This document shows, one piece after another, positions 1 to 10,434 of a DNA stretch of 64,000 bases. The number at the start of each line of letters is the position of its first letter. Position 1 is the first letter of the stretch. Source of the DNA: an uncultured delta proteobacterium (GTDB lineage: Bacteria > Desulfobacterota > Binatia > UBA9968). The position numbers and the translations under genes are program-made. The notes under the pieces were generated by a model. That model was given only the letters and a program-made list of their open reading frames with translations. It had not been told where the DNA came from and did no database searches. The DNA is taken from the NCBI GenBank assembly GCA_963745835.1, contig CAVUZH010000018.1:288001-352000 (forward strand), written 5' to 3'.

Positions 1-402
1 GAGGTTTACTCGCAACCAGCCAATACATTTGTCGCTAATTTTTTCGGTTCGACCAACCTGCTCGAGGGCGAGTGCATCGAGCACGACGGCGCGCGCCGGC
101 TGCGGCTGCCGTTTGCCTGGATGGATGTTTCCGGCGAGACACCCCTCGGGCAGTGCTGGGCGGTCATTCGTCCTGAAGACATGGAGATCACCGACGGCGG
201 CGGCGAACATTTTTTTGCCGAGTTCGAGTCGTCGGTATTTTTGGGAAACCACGTTCGATTGTTTTTGCGTGCCGGGGAGCAGCGCATTATCGTCGATGTG
301 CCGAACGACGTCTTGCGCCATTCACGGCGCAATTGGCCGGTGCAGATCAAAACCTCGAAGATCTGCGTTCTCGCCAAGGAAAACCCAACGCCATGGAACT
401 GA
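1..402 (+). CDS. ABC transporter ATP-binding protein, C-terminal part (TOBE domain; PotA/CysA/MalK-like), 5'-truncated by the window edge
   Basis: Frame +1 is open from base 1: EVYSQPANTFVANFFGSTNLL...IRPEDM...SVFLGNHVRL, the typical post-ATPase/TOBE segment. Confidence 0.85.
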   Translation, partial: EVYSQPANTFVANFFGSTNLLEGECIEHDGARRLRLPFAWMDVSGETPLGQCWAVIRPEDMEITDGGGEHFFAEFESSVFLGNHVRLFLRAGEQRIIVDVPNDVLRHSRRNWPVQIKTSKICVLAKENPTPWN

Positions 403-528
403 CGCTTGCCCGGCGTCGTGTTTGATCGTTGACCGCCTCACTGCCCAACGTATGAATCTAAACTCCACGTCGAGTCATCTAAATAAAGCTCAACAGACGC
501 GCGGCCGTCTCGTGACGTTAGGTCCGGT

Positions 529-2778
529 ATGAAAATCGGTAAAATTCTGCTGGCTACTCTGCTTATTGCGGGCGCAATCATCGCAATCTTTCTCCTGCCT
601 GTGCGCCAGTGGTTCGTGCATTTCGAAAGCTATGTGCAATCGCTCGGCGCCATCGCGCCGGTGGTGGTGGTGCTAGCCTACATCCTGTCCACGGTGCTGT
701 TTATTCCGGGAAGCGCGCTGACCATCGGTTCGGGAACTCTCTTTGGCTTAGCCACGGGCTTTGCCGTGGTATTCCTGGGCGCCAACTTGGGCGCGCTGTG
801 TTCATTTTTATTGGCCCGAACCTTGTTGCGAGATAAAGTCGCGAACTGGGCGGCGGCTAATCCAAAATTCCGCTCCCTCGATCAGGCGATCGGCAAGCAG
901 GGCTTCAAGATGGTCCTGCTCACGCGTCTGAGCCCGGTGTTTCCCTTCGTCCTATTGAATTACTTTCTCGGGCTCACTGCGGTGCGCACCGCTCCCTATG
1001 TTCTGGCCAACCTCATCGGCATGCTGCCGGCAACTTTCCTTTTTGTTTACATCGGCGCGGCGGCGCGGGATGCTCTTGCCGGTCAGACGGACGCTTCGGC
1101 CGGCTTCTACCAGCAAATTTTGAAAGTCGTCGGATTGCTGGCGACAGTCGCGGTCGTGGTTGTCGTCACGCGAATCGCGCGCAAAGCGTTGCGCGAAGCC
1201 GAGCAGGAACAGGAAGGCGATACGGCTCGAAAGCCGCATCTCGATGCCAGCCACCAGCCAGCATCTTTTGAAAAGATGATGCTCGTCGATGACGAGCACG
1301 ACCGGCGGCTCATAGAAAACTGTCATCCACCCCGATGGGTCAACCCCGCACCTGCCGCGAAGTATAATCTAGTCGTCATTGGCGCGGGCACTGCCGGACT
1401 GGTCAGCGCCGCCGGCGCCGCGGGACTTGGCGCCAAGGTCGCTTTGATCGAGCGCAATCTCCTGGGCGGAGATTGTCTGAACGTCGGTTGCGTGCCGTCG
1501 AAAGGGACGATCCGGGCGGCGCGCGCGGCGCATGATGCGCGCGATGCGTCGAGATTCGGCGTGGAGATTGCCTGTGAGCCGCAGGTTGTATTTGCCGCCG
1601 CCATGGAGCGCATGCGCAAGCTTCGCGCCGCCATCAGCGATCACGATTCCGCCGAGCGCTTCCGCAAGCTCGGCGTGGATGTATTCATCGGCAGCGCTCG
1701 CTTTGCCGGGACGTCATCGGTAGACGTGGACGGCAAGCGCCTTCATTTTAACCGCGCCGTCATCGCCAGCGGCGCCAGGGCGGCGGAACTGCCGGTTCCA
1801 GGGCTTGTGGAAGCCGGTTATCTTACTAATGAAACTGTTTTCACGTTGACGGAATTGCCGAGGCGAATTGTCGTCATCGGCGCCGGCCCGATCGGTTGCG
1901 AATTGGCGCAGGCATTCGCCCGCTTCGGTAGCGAGGCGACACTGCTGACCGACGGCGCCGAGATATTGCCCAGAGAAGATCGCGACGCCGCGCGGATCGT
2001 ACGCAAGCGGATGGAAGAGGACGGTGTCGGTATCGTTACAGGAGCGAGGATTCAGCGCGCCGCCAAAAATGGCAATGAAAAGATCCTCATTGCTACCATC
2101 GAGGAGGTGACAACCGAACTCCGTTGCGACGCCATCCTGGTTGCGGTCGGCCGCACACCCAATCTGGAGGGACTCGATCTGGAAGCAGCCGGAATAAGCT
2201 ACACCGCGCGAGGAGTCGAAGTCGATGCCCGGCTGCGCACTTCGAATCCGCGCGTATTCGCCGCCGGCGATATCTGCTCGCGCTTCAAGTTCACTCATGC
2301 CGCCGACGCCATGGCGCGTATCGTCATAGCGAATGCGTTATTTTTGGCACGGCGCAAAGTGACCGATCTTACCATGCCGTGGTGCACATACACCGATCCC
2401 GAGATCGCCCATGTTGGTTACTACGAGAAGGATGCCAAAGCGGCGGGTTTCGATGTCGCGACGATTACCGAGTCGCTGGACCGTGTGGACCGCGCGATTC
2501 TTGACGGTGAGGAGGATGGTTTCGCGCGGGTTCACTACGACAAGAAAACCGGCAAAATTTTGGGCGGCACCATCGTCGCTCGCCATGCCGGCGAAATGAT
2601 CGGCGAATTGACCTTGGCCCTTGTGGCAAAACAAAGCGTCGGAGTTTTGTCCTCGACCATTCATTCGTATCCGACTCAGGCCGAGGCGTTGCGCAAGATC
2701 GGCGATGCCTACATGCGCGCCAAATTGACTCCGAGAGTCAAAAAGATTTTCGAGACATGGCTGGCGTGGCGGAGATGA
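529..2778 (+). CDS. Fusion of a VTT/DedA (TVP38-like) membrane domain and an FAD-dependent pyridine nucleotide-disulfide oxidoreductase (MerA/Lpd-like)
   Basis: N-terminal TM region with LTRLSPVFPF...NYFLG; then GAGTAG, GGDCLNVGCVPSK (redox CxxxxC), GAGPIGCE, FAAGD and a dimerisation domain ending IHSYPTQAE. Confidence 0.9.
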   Translation: MKIGKILLATLLIAGAIIAIFLLPVRQWFVHFESYVQSLGAIAPVVVVLAYILSTVLFIPGSALTIGSGTLFGLATGFAVVFLGANLGALCSFLLARTLLRDKVANWAAANPKFRSLDQAIGKQGFKMVLLTRLSPVFPFVLLNYFLGLTAVRTAPYVLANLIGMLPATFLFVYIGAAARDALAGQTDASAGFYQQILKVVGLLATVAVVVVVTRIARKALREAEQEQEGDTARKPHLDASHQPASFEKMMLVDDEHDRRLIENCHPPRWVNPAPAAKYNLVVIGAGTAGLVSAAGAAGLGAKVALIERNLLGGDCLNVGCVPSKGTIRAARAAHDARDASRFGVEIACEPQVVFAAAMERMRKLRAAISDHDSAERFRKLGVDVFIGSARFAGTSSVDVDGKRLHFNRAVIASGARAAELPVPGLVEAGYLTNETVFTLTELPRRIVVIGAGPIGCELAQAFARFGSEATLLTDGAEILPREDRDAARIVRKRMEEDGVGIVTGARIQRAAKNGNEKILIATIEEVTTELRCDAILVAVGRTPNLEGLDLEAAGISYTARGVEVDARLRTSNPRVFAAGDICSRFKFTHAADAMARIVIANALFLARRKVTDLTMPWCTYTDPEIAHVGYYEKDAKAAGFDVATITESLDRVDRAILDGEEDGFARVHYDKKTGKILGGTIVARHAGEMIGELTLALVAKQSVGVLSSTIHSYPTQAEALRKIGDAYMRAKLTPRVKKIFETWLAWRR

Positions 2779-2785
2779 AGGCCAT

Positions 2786-3631
2786 ATGAAAGTTTTTGCA
2801 GAGGGTCTGTTGCGGTTTCAATCTAAACTCGGTGTTTTCGCGCTCCTGGCAATCTTCGGCGCGCCTCAGGCCGACCTCTGGCCGAAGTGGCAAAAGCACG
2901 ATCCCGCCAGTGCGCAGAAGATCGACCACAGCGCTTGGGATAAATGGCTCAAGAAATATCTCGTGGCGCCGCATCCTTCGGGCGTCAATCGAGTGCGTTA
3001 CGGCTCGGTGGCGCCCGAGGATCGAAAGGCGCTAAAGAGCTATCTGGAAGATCTCCAAAGCTTGCCGATTTCCGCATATAATGAAGCGGAGCAAAAGGCG
3101 TACTGGATCAATCTCTACAACGCACTGACGGTGGAGGTGATTCTGTCCCATTATCCGGTTGAATCCATCAGGAGCATCGGCATCTCTCCCGGATTGTTCA
3201 GCCGGGGACCCTGGGATGCCAAACTAGCAACCATCGAGAGAGAAAAGCTTTCCCTTAACGACATCGAGCATCGCATACTGCGTCCGATCTGGAAGGATGC
3301 GCGAGTGCACTATGCGGTCAATTGCGCTAGTCTCGGTTGCCCAAATCTCCAGCTCGTGGCCTATACCGGTGAAAATACGGAAGCGGTGCTTGAAAAAGGC
3401 GCCGGCGAGTATATCAACCACCCGAGGGGCGTCGCCATTAAAAACGGCAAGCTCCAAGTCTCCAGCATCTACGACTGGTTCAAGGATGATTTCGGCGCCA
3501 GCCGCGATCGGCTATTGGAACACTGGCTGAAATATGCAGACGGAAATTTGGCCGGCGCACTCAAGAGCTACAAAGGCAGCCTGGCTTACGGATATGATTG
3601 GAGTCTCAACGACGCGGAGGTTAAACCCTAA
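2786..3631 (+). CDS. DUF547 domain-containing exported protein
   Basis: AYWINLYNALTV, LSLNDIEHRILR, RVHYAVNCASLGCP, SSIYDWFKDDF, YDWSLN motifs. Confidence 0.9.
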   Translation: MKVFAEGLLRFQSKLGVFALLAIFGAPQADLWPKWQKHDPASAQKIDHSAWDKWLKKYLVAPHPSGVNRVRYGSVAPEDRKALKSYLEDLQSLPISAYNEAEQKAYWINLYNALTVEVILSHYPVESIRSIGISPGLFSRGPWDAKLATIEREKLSLNDIEHRILRPIWKDARVHYAVNCASLGCPNLQLVAYTGENTEAVLEKGAGEYINHPRGVAIKNGKLQVSSIYDWFKDDFGASRDRLLEHWLKYADGNLAGALKSYKGSLAYGYDWSLNDAEVKP

Positions 3632-3802
3632 CCAATGCGGAGCCAGACGTTAGAGAACGCAGCAGAGCCGCAATCAAAGGAAATGCAACCACCAGCCTTG
3701 TCATCACGAAGGTCTCGGATCCCCCCACCTCTTTCCTCCTCCGCGTCACGGGCAGGATGAAAGAGGGAGAAGTTTCGAATCGCATAGGAACTAGCCCTTG
3801 AG

Positions 3803-4480
3803 ATGGACATTTCCGTCGTCATTCCTGTCTTAAACGAAGAAAAGACCATCGCTGCAAATTTAACTGCATTGATGCCGTTGCGGCCGCACCAAGTAATCGT
3901 CGTTGATGGCTGTAGTAGAGACCGCACTCGCGAGATCAGCGCGCAAATGGGTGCCGTGGTCGTTACCGGAGCGCCGGGCCGCGCACGCCAGATGAACTGC
4001 GGCGCTGGACAAGCCACCGGCGATCTTCTGCTGTTTTTACATGCGGACACTCGTTTACCGCCCGGGGCTTTCGATGACATTGTTGCGGCTTTACAAGACC
4101 GCCGTTATCTGGGCGGTCGTTTCGATGTCGATCTGGACGGCGATCACTGGCTGTTGAAAGTGATCGGCGCCATGATCAACCAGCGCTCGCGTATTACCAA
4201 AGTAGCCACCGGCGATCAGGCGATTTTCGTTCGGCGCGATGTGTTTGCCCGTATGGGCGGTTTTCCGGATATTCCGTTGATGGAAGATATTGCCTTTTGT
4301 CGCGCGCTGAAACGGCTGGGCAGGATCGCCTGCTTGCGCAGCAAGGTCCTCACTTCCGCGCGCCGCTGGGAAACCGAAGGGGTATGGCGAACCGTCATTA
4401 AAATGTGGACTTTGAAGCTCCTCTACTTTGCCGGCGTCTCGCCCGTTAAATTGAAGCGTTTTTATGCCGACACCCGGTAA
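3803..4480 (+). CDS. GT2 glycosyltransferase, TIGR04283 family (arsenosugar/rSAM-selenodomain-associated)
   Basis: ISVVIPVLNEE, VVDGCSRD, GRARQMN.GA, LLFLHADT, GDQAIFV, PLMED, TSARRW. Confidence 0.9.
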   Translation: MDISVVIPVLNEEKTIAANLTALMPLRPHQVIVVDGCSRDRTREISAQMGAVVVTGAPGRARQMNCGAGQATGDLLLFLHADTRLPPGAFDDIVAALQDRRYLGGRFDVDLDGDHWLLKVIGAMINQRSRITKVATGDQAIFVRRDVFARMGGFPDIPLMEDIAFCRALKRLGRIACLRSKVLTSARRWETEGVWRTVIKMWTLKLLYFAGVSPVKLKRFYADTR

Positions 4481-5168
4481 CGCACTGGCCGTCATGGCGA
4501 AAGCGCCGATACCGGGCACGGTAAAAACAAGGCTGGCGCCACCACTGACGCAAGAGCAAGCGGCCGAGTTGTACCATGCGTTGTTGTTGGATCAACTACA
4601 ACATCTGAATTCGCTCGAAGCCGCCGATTTGTACGTGGCCTTTACGCCGAGCGCCGCGATGCCGCTAATTGCGAGCATTGCGCCGGCAGGCTACCGCTGT
4701 TTCGCCCAATGCGGCGGCGATTTGGGCGAGCGCATGAACGAAGTCTTTGCCGAGCTCTGGCGGCGTGGTCATGGCAGTTTGATTGTGATCGGCAGCGACC
4801 TGCCGCCGGTGCCGCTGGATACGTTTCGTTTGGCCTTCGCGCAATTATCGGCCGACGGGAAACGGGTCGTGTTAGGGCCGAGCCGCGACGGCGGTTATTA
4901 CCTGATCGGCATGAATCAGCCGGTGCCTGAGATGTTTTCCGGCATGACCTGGAGCGATGAGCACGTCTTAGAGGCGACGACCGATAGGTTGACGCAGCTC
5001 GGTATCGATTTCGGATTGCTGCCTGAGTGGTTCGACGTCGACACGGTCGAGGACCTCGACAGCTTGCGGGCGATCAGCGATCTCAGTGTGCGCGATTCCA
5101 TGCAAAGAACTCTCGCTAGTCTTCAGCGGATCGACAGCATCGGCTGCTCATCCGGATCCGTTTGCTAA
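4464..5168 (+). CDS. TIGR04282/DUF2064 family glycosyltransferase-like protein (CofC-like fold)
   Basis: MAKAP.PG.VKTRL, Q.GGDLGERM, IGSDLP, VLGPSRDGGYYLIG, WFDVDT.EDL; overlaps the upstream GT gene. Confidence 0.9.
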   Translation: MPTPGNALAVMAKAPIPGTVKTRLAPPLTQEQAAELYHALLLDQLQHLNSLEAADLYVAFTPSAAMPLIASIAPAGYRCFAQCGGDLGERMNEVFAELWRRGHGSLIVIGSDLPPVPLDTFRLAFAQLSADGKRVVLGPSRDGGYYLIGMNQPVPEMFSGMTWSDEHVLEATTDRLTQLGIDFGLLPEWFDVDTVEDLDSLRAISDLSVRDSMQRTLASLQRIDSIGCSSGSVC

Positions 5169-5426
5169 CTTCTCGTGGGCTTCTTCAATTGCCGTTCGGC
5201 TGCGTGATCTTAGCTGTCAGCCTGCGAGCATCTCGCGGCAATCCAAATTCAGGATCGCACCTGGGTTCCTGCTCGAAGCATGCGGAATGCCGGACCTCTC
5301 ACAACCGTCGAATCGCGTGACGACAATCTAGGAGTGCGTTGAGCAAATTTAAAAACCCCCCTACAAGCCGGTGATTAATGGCTGATTGGACGGCCAGCGA
5401 AAGAGGGCACACCGAATCGCGTGGCT

Positions 5427-5552
5427 TTAACGATAACCGCCGGCCACCGTCATTCTCTTGCCCGTCACCCATCCAGCGTCTTCGGAGGCCAGGAACACCG
5501 CGACCCGCGCGATATCCTCCGGCTGCCCAAATCGTCCCAGAAACGATTGTGC
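5427..5552 (-). pseudogene. C-terminal remnant of an SDR family oxidoreductase
   Basis: The minus strand reads [41 protein letters not shown], a classic SDR C-terminus; the upstream part is absent. Confidence 0.8.
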
Positions 5553-6225
5553 CCGATTGGATTGCGCATGCTCGTCTCTCACACAAGCCAATATTTTGGC
5601 ATTTGCCGATGGGCCGACAAGCCCTCTTTTCGTCGCGTCTTATTTGCTTGAGACGTGCGGCGTGTAATGCTACCGATGGGTCGTCACTTATAGATCATCT
5701 AACCCCGATGCAGCCTGGCACGATCGTTGTCATTGCTATCCGCAAAAGCAGAGAAGGGTGGAGGATCTAATGAAGGTCGACAGTTATTTTTAGCAGCGTT
5801 TCTTCTCATCGGAACTGACCCTGGCACGCGCAGCCGTTCAAGGTGTAGAGCCGGCGCTTTGTTCAACAGCGATTGAGTACGGTTCTGCTGCTGTGAACCT
5901 GTTAGCGAAGTGGCTGAAAGCGAGCGGGAAGTTGTGATTTCATCGGTTTAGTGACGTGAAATCCAAATTTGAAAGAAGAGGGATGGTGAAATTCACAACC
6001 AAAGGCGGTCTTGATCTGCAGCAGGAAGTGGCCAAGTTGGCGAACGGACGCTTCGCTTTTTCGGGTTCATTAGAAAAAAAGTGCGCGTAAGTTGGGCACA
6101 GTTATCTGGAGGAGATGAAACCCTGACGAGGAGAAATGCAAGTCCTTCGTCATTCAGAATACTGACAAGGAATCACAGTCAAGACGGGGTCGCATAGTCA
6201 ACAATACCGAGAAGGAGACGCCATA

Positions 6226-6657
6226 ATGAAGCACGCAACTCATCGTCGGTCCATGAGAGCTCAGTACCTCGTATTAACCCTGCTCCTGAGTGTTGGTCTA
6301 TGTCTCATATCCGCCACGCTGATGGCTCAGGAGGTTAAGGTCACGTCGCTCATGTCAAAGATTATGAAGGATGTCTCTGGCAAGGAAGGTCTGCTGATCA
6401 CAGTAGAGTATCCGCCCGGCGGATCGGACCCTGTTCACCGTCACAATGCCCATGCATTTGTATACGTGCTGGAGGGTTCCATAGTGATGCAAGTCAAGGG
6501 CGGAAAACAAGTCACGCTTACGCCAGGACAGACGTTTTATGAGGGCTCCAACGATGTTCATATCGTTGGTCGGAACGCAAGCAATACTGAGCCAGCAAAA
6601 TTCCTTGTGTTCTTGGTCAAGGACAATGGCGCTCCAGTTCTCATACCAGTGAAGTGA
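6226..6657 (+). CDS. Cupin domain-containing protein (probable signal peptide)
   Basis: VEYPPGGSDPVHRHNAHAFVYVLEGS...TFYE...H cupin motifs; AAGGAG RBS. Confidence 0.9.
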   Translation: MKHATHRRSMRAQYLVLTLLLSVGLCLISATLMAQEVKVTSLMSKIMKDVSGKEGLLITVEYPPGGSDPVHRHNAHAFVYVLEGSIVMQVKGGKQVTLTPGQTFYEGSNDVHIVGRNASNTEPAKFLVFLVKDNGAPVLIPVK

Positions 6658-6773
6658 CTATGGGAGCGCCTTCTCCCGCGTTCTCCGTTACCGCCGACAG
6701 AGCGCTGGAAACACGCACGATCAACAACTGCTATGGTTCAACAAACAGAAACTCGATGTGAAGGAGGATAACA

Positions 6774-7595
6774 ATGTCTACAATCACGACCAGTGACGGC
6801 ACAGAAATCTATTACAAGGAATGGGGCAAGGGCCCAGTGGTAACGTTCTCCCACGGATGGCCCTTGAGTTCTGATGCTTGGGACGGCCAAATGCTGTTTC
6901 TCGCGCAGAACGGATATAGAGTCGTCGCGCATGACCGTCGTGGCCATGGCCGATCAAGCCAGGCCTCTTCGGGAAATGACATGAATGGTTATGCCGATGA
7001 TCTTGCGGCCATTATCGAAGCGCTTGATCTGCGGAACGCCACTCTGATCGGTCACTCAACAGGAGGCGGAGAGGTCACGCGATATATCGGTCGTCATGGA
7101 TCGAAGCGTGTCGCCAAAGTGGTTCTTATCGCTGCAGTGCCGCCGATCATGCTAAAGACCCCAGCGAATCCAGAGGGGCTCCCCATGGAAGTTTTCGATG
7201 GTTTACGCGCAGGCTTACTCAAGGATCGATCCCAATTCTACAAGGACTTGGCAATTCAGTTCTATGGCGCTAACCGACCCGGCGCAACAGTCTCCCAGGG
7301 CACACTGGATCAATTCTGGCTTTGGAGCATGCAAGCAGGGCTGAAGAACGCGTGTGAATCGATCAAGGCATTCTCCGAGACCGACTTCACTGAGGACCTT
7401 AAGAGGATTGATGTTCCAGCGCTAGTGTTGCACGGCGAGGATGACCAGATCGTTCCTGTTAAGGATTCGGCAAAGAAGTCGGCGAAGCTTATAAAGGGCG
7501 CAAAGGAAATTTATTATCCCGGAGCGCCGCACGGAATAACGGCTACACATCAGGATCAGGTCAATTTCGACCTTTTGGAATTTCTCCGGTCTTGA
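6774..7595 (+). CDS. cpo: Non-heme chloroperoxidase-like alpha/beta hydrolase
   Basis: [24 protein letters not shown] nucleophile elbow, [14 protein letters not shown]; AGGAGG RBS. Confidence 0.9.
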   Translation: MSTITTSDGTEIYYKEWGKGPVVTFSHGWPLSSDAWDGQMLFLAQNGYRVVAHDRRGHGRSSQASSGNDMNGYADDLAAIIEALDLRNATLIGHSTGGGEVTRYIGRHGSKRVAKVVLIAAVPPIMLKTPANPEGLPMEVFDGLRAGLLKDRSQFYKDLAIQFYGANRPGATVSQGTLDQFWLWSMQAGLKNACESIKAFSETDFTEDLKRIDVPALVLHGEDDQIVPVKDSAKKSAKLIKGAKEIYYPGAPHGITATHQDQVNFDLLEFLRS

Positions 7596-7609
7596 GAGGA
7601 GATCCCGTG

Positions 7610-7766
7610 GAACTCGTCCGGCGAGGTCTATCCGCACGCAAGGATCCGCGCGAGGTTGCCGCTGACCCGCACGCGCTACCACTGCGTGGAGCTAAGCGAG
7701 AGCACACTCGTTTCTGGCGATGCCGCGCGACTCGGCGAGACGCGTTTCGAAACCTGGCTCAGTTAG
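7610..7766 (+). pseudogene. Frameshifted C-terminal fragment of an NmrA-like protein (paralog of 8138..8893)
   Basis: ELVRRGLSARKDPREVAADPHA / YHCVELSESTLVSGDAARLGETRFETWLS* aligns by eye with ELVRRFLSAKQDARQVVTDVHARYYGIELNDQSLTPGDNPRIGPTRFEDWLS. Confidence 0.85.
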
Positions 7767-7960
7767 CCCACAGGTTAAATTACGAGTGCGAATCCGCAGC
7801 TACTAACTTGGTGAAGGAGAATCCCATGAACAATATCACGAAGTCCCTTGGAGTAGGGCGCTCAGAAGAGGAGGCAAACATGAGCTTAGGCATTGCCTCA
7901 CACCCTGGTAGACCGGGGACCGGCAGGTGAGCTGTGTCGTTCGGCCTCCCACATCCGCTG

Positions 7961-8023
7961 GCGAAGTTCGTCGTTTTCCTCGTCAAGGACAAGGGCGCTC
8001 CGGTGCTAGTGCCAGTGAAGTGA
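7961..8023 (+). pseudogene. C-terminal fragment of a cupin paralog
   Basis: AKFVVFLVKDKGAPVLVPVK* versus AKFLVFLVKDNGAPVLIPVK* at the end of 6226..6657. Confidence 0.85.
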
Positions 8024-8137
8024 GAGGAGATCCGGTGGAACCGCAGATTTTCGACGAGCGTAGATGAAATAAAATCCGAGTAAAGGTGCCCTTAAACGCT
8101 CGTCCGAATCACGGGCGAGCTATAGAAAGGAGCGCAT

Positions 8138-8893
8138 ATGAAAATCGTAGTTATTGGTGGCAGCGGGTTGATTGGAACGAAACTGGTGAACAAGCTTCGT
8201 GAACGTGATCATGAGGTACTGGCGGCATCACCCTCTTCGGGCGTCAATACCATCACGGGTGAAGGACTGGCTAAAGCGCTTGCCGGCGCTCAGGTTGTCG
8301 TCGATGTGGCGAACTCGCCATCGTGGGAGGACAAGGCGGTTTTGGAGTTCTTCGAGACGTCGGGTCGCAACCTCCTTGCCGCAGAAGCGGCTGCTGGCGT
8401 AAGGCATCACGTTGCGCTGTCGGTCGTCGGCACTGAGCGCCTACTCGAAAGTGGCTATTTCCGCGCGAAGATGGCCCAAGAAGAATTAATCCAGGCTTCC
8501 AAAATTCCCTATACAATCGTTCGTGCGACGCAGTTCTTCGAGTTCGTTAACGGCATCGCCCAAACGGCAACCGAAGGGCAAACGGTTCGATTGCCACCTG
8601 CCCTGATGCAGCCCATCGTGTCGGATGACGTCGCTGCCGCACTGGCCGACATTGCAATCAAGGCGCCGGTGAACGGCATGGTCGAGCTGGCCGGCCCTGA
8701 ACTGATACGTCAGGACGAACTCGTCCGGCGATTCCTGAGCGCAAAGCAGGACGCTCGTCAGGTAGTCACAGACGTCCATGCTCGCTACTACGGCATAGAG
8801 TTGAACGATCAATCGCTCACCCCGGGCGACAACCCGCGCATCGGGCCGACGCGTTTCGAGGACTGGCTCAGCCGTTCCATACCTCAAAGCTAA
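8138..8893 (+). CDS. NAD(P)H-binding atypical SDR/NmrA-like oxidoreductase
   Basis: MKIVVIGGSGLIG Rossmann motif, HHVALSVVG, GYFRAK, IVRATQFFEF; AAGGAG RBS. Confidence 0.9.
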   Translation: MKIVVIGGSGLIGTKLVNKLRERDHEVLAASPSSGVNTITGEGLAKALAGAQVVVDVANSPSWEDKAVLEFFETSGRNLLAAEAAAGVRHHVALSVVGTERLLESGYFRAKMAQEELIQASKIPYTIVRATQFFEFVNGIAQTATEGQTVRLPPALMQPIVSDDVAAALADIAIKAPVNGMVELAGPELIRQDELVRRFLSAKQDARQVVTDVHARYYGIELNDQSLTPGDNPRIGPTRFEDWLSRSIPQS

Positions 8894-9055
8894 CTTAACT
8901 AGGTGGGGTCGTCACCCAAGTTAAAAAGCGGAACATGGCGGGCGACGTATTATGGTGTGTGCACGATGCAGTAGTGCAAGCACTTGCAATAAAACAAATA
9001 GAACTGACGATGACTAAGAAGACAGTTTTCAAACAGTCAAAACCGAGAGATTGGT

Positions 9056-9805
9056 ATGTCGGCAACGCAATCTCTGACATTTGGGAATCTAGAGCCTTCG
9101 ATCTACGGCACGGCCGCCGTCACGCAGCGAAGATCAAGAGCGACTAACCGATCCCTATACCGCCAAAGATTAGCTTTCGATGAAGCACTTCTCATCGAGC
9201 GTTTGAAGGCGGGCGATTCGGAGGCTCTGGAAACAATTTTCAACACCTACTCGAAGAAACTTTACAATGTGGCGCTGCCGATTCTTGGCGAGGCCGCCGA
9301 CACCCAGGAAGTGATCCAGGATGTCTTCTGGACGGTGTTTCGCAAGGCCCAATCGTTTCGAGGTGATTCGCAATTCTCGACTCGGCTTTACCGGCTCACG
9401 GTCAACGCGGCGTTGGGCAAGATCCGCCGGGGCAAGAAAAATAAGGAAGTTGGATAAGAAGAGTTCCTGCCCAAGTTTCGAAAAGACGGCCATCATCGGG
9501 TCTGGCCGGTAGTCGATTGGTCGGATACCTTCGATGAAAAGTACGCCAGATGCGAGATGCGAAAGCTGCTTGCTAACGCTTTAGAACAATTGAGTCCGAT
9601 CGACAAAACTGTAACCGTCCTCAGCGATCTCGAAGGACTGTCCGCCAAAGAAATCGCCACGGCAGTGGGCCTGACGGTTTCAGCCGTGAAAAGCAGGCTA
9701 CATCGTGCTCGTCTTTATCTCCGAGGAAGAGTGTTCCAAGCGCGGCTGAACGGCAACTCATCCTCTGTAGTGGAGGCTATAAATCATGAAGATAACGGAA
9801 AGTAA
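9056..9805 (+). pseudogene. ECF RNA polymerase sigma-70 factor interrupted by an in-frame TAA (9455..9457)
   Basis: ORFs 9056..9457 (region 2: EVIQDVFW, FRGDSQFST.LYR) and 9557..9805 (region 4: LSDLEGLS..EIA...VKSRLHRAR) are in the same frame; the intervening codons read EEFLPKFRKDGHH...VVDWSD. Confidence 0.85.
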
Positions 9806-9819
9806 TCGTGCCATTTTGA

Positions 9820-10223
9820 ATGGTATTTATTATGGTGGCGTTCAACGGAATATTTCCTATCTGTAAACGGACTTTTTATGCTGATCGCTCCATTGGTGTG
9901 GTATGATTGTGTCCCCGGTGTGATCGACACTGGTTTGTTTAATCAGCACTTCATCCGCATATTGGCATTATTCAGCTGTTCCTCGGCTTCGCTTTTGGCG
10001 TCGGTATGATCCGACCGGACCGCCGCATTGGGCTGTGGGTCGCCGCGACCTTGTGGCTCATCGCCCATGCCGTTTTCCATCTGTGGGAAGTTGTCGTCGG
10101 TATCTGCGCTCCATTGGTAATTCCCCGAAGTTTCCTGCTGTCAGCCTGCCGGCGATCATCGAGGCAGTCCTTACCCTCTGGGCAATCAATCATTCGGGCG
10201 CCGAGAGAGCCGCATCCGCCTGA
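9820..10223 (+). pseudogene. Frameshifted small integral membrane protein
   Basis: Pieces in different frames join to NGLFMLIAPLVWYDCVPGVIDTGLFNQHFIR / IGIIQLFLG...AHAVFHLWE / FPAVSLPAII; start approximate. Confidence 0.6.
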
Positions 10224-10434
10224 GATCACGCGAGGTTGCTATTCTAACTGAAGCGTCAGCAGAACTTATGGCTCAGACAAACCATCAGACAGGTGCGCTG
10301 CCCAAGTCTCTGGGACGGGCGGAAATTTGAGGGGCGATATTATGCGGCCCTCCAGCGTGAGCTGCATGCGGTGGCGCACAGAGCGAAATGTACTGATCTT
10401 ATCGTCTGATCTTTAATTCAGATGGGAGAGAGGA

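Noticed and set aside
529-2778. Mercuric reductase (merA)
   Set aside because: No C-terminal Cys-Cys pair, no NmerA domain and no mer operon genes nearby.
3640-5300. Degenerate REP-like palindromes near 3715..3775 and 5215..5295 (also near 62405..62460)
   Set aside because: Too degenerate to define boundaries or a consensus from this window alone.
5770-6090. Possible degraded gene after the GGAGG-ATG at 5770
   Set aside because: Early stops and no recognisable motif; it cannot be supported.
9455-9457. Stop-codon recoding in the ECF sigma factor
   Set aside because: The codon is TAA, not TGA/TAG, it is not at a catalytic Cys position, and neighbouring genes are also decayed.
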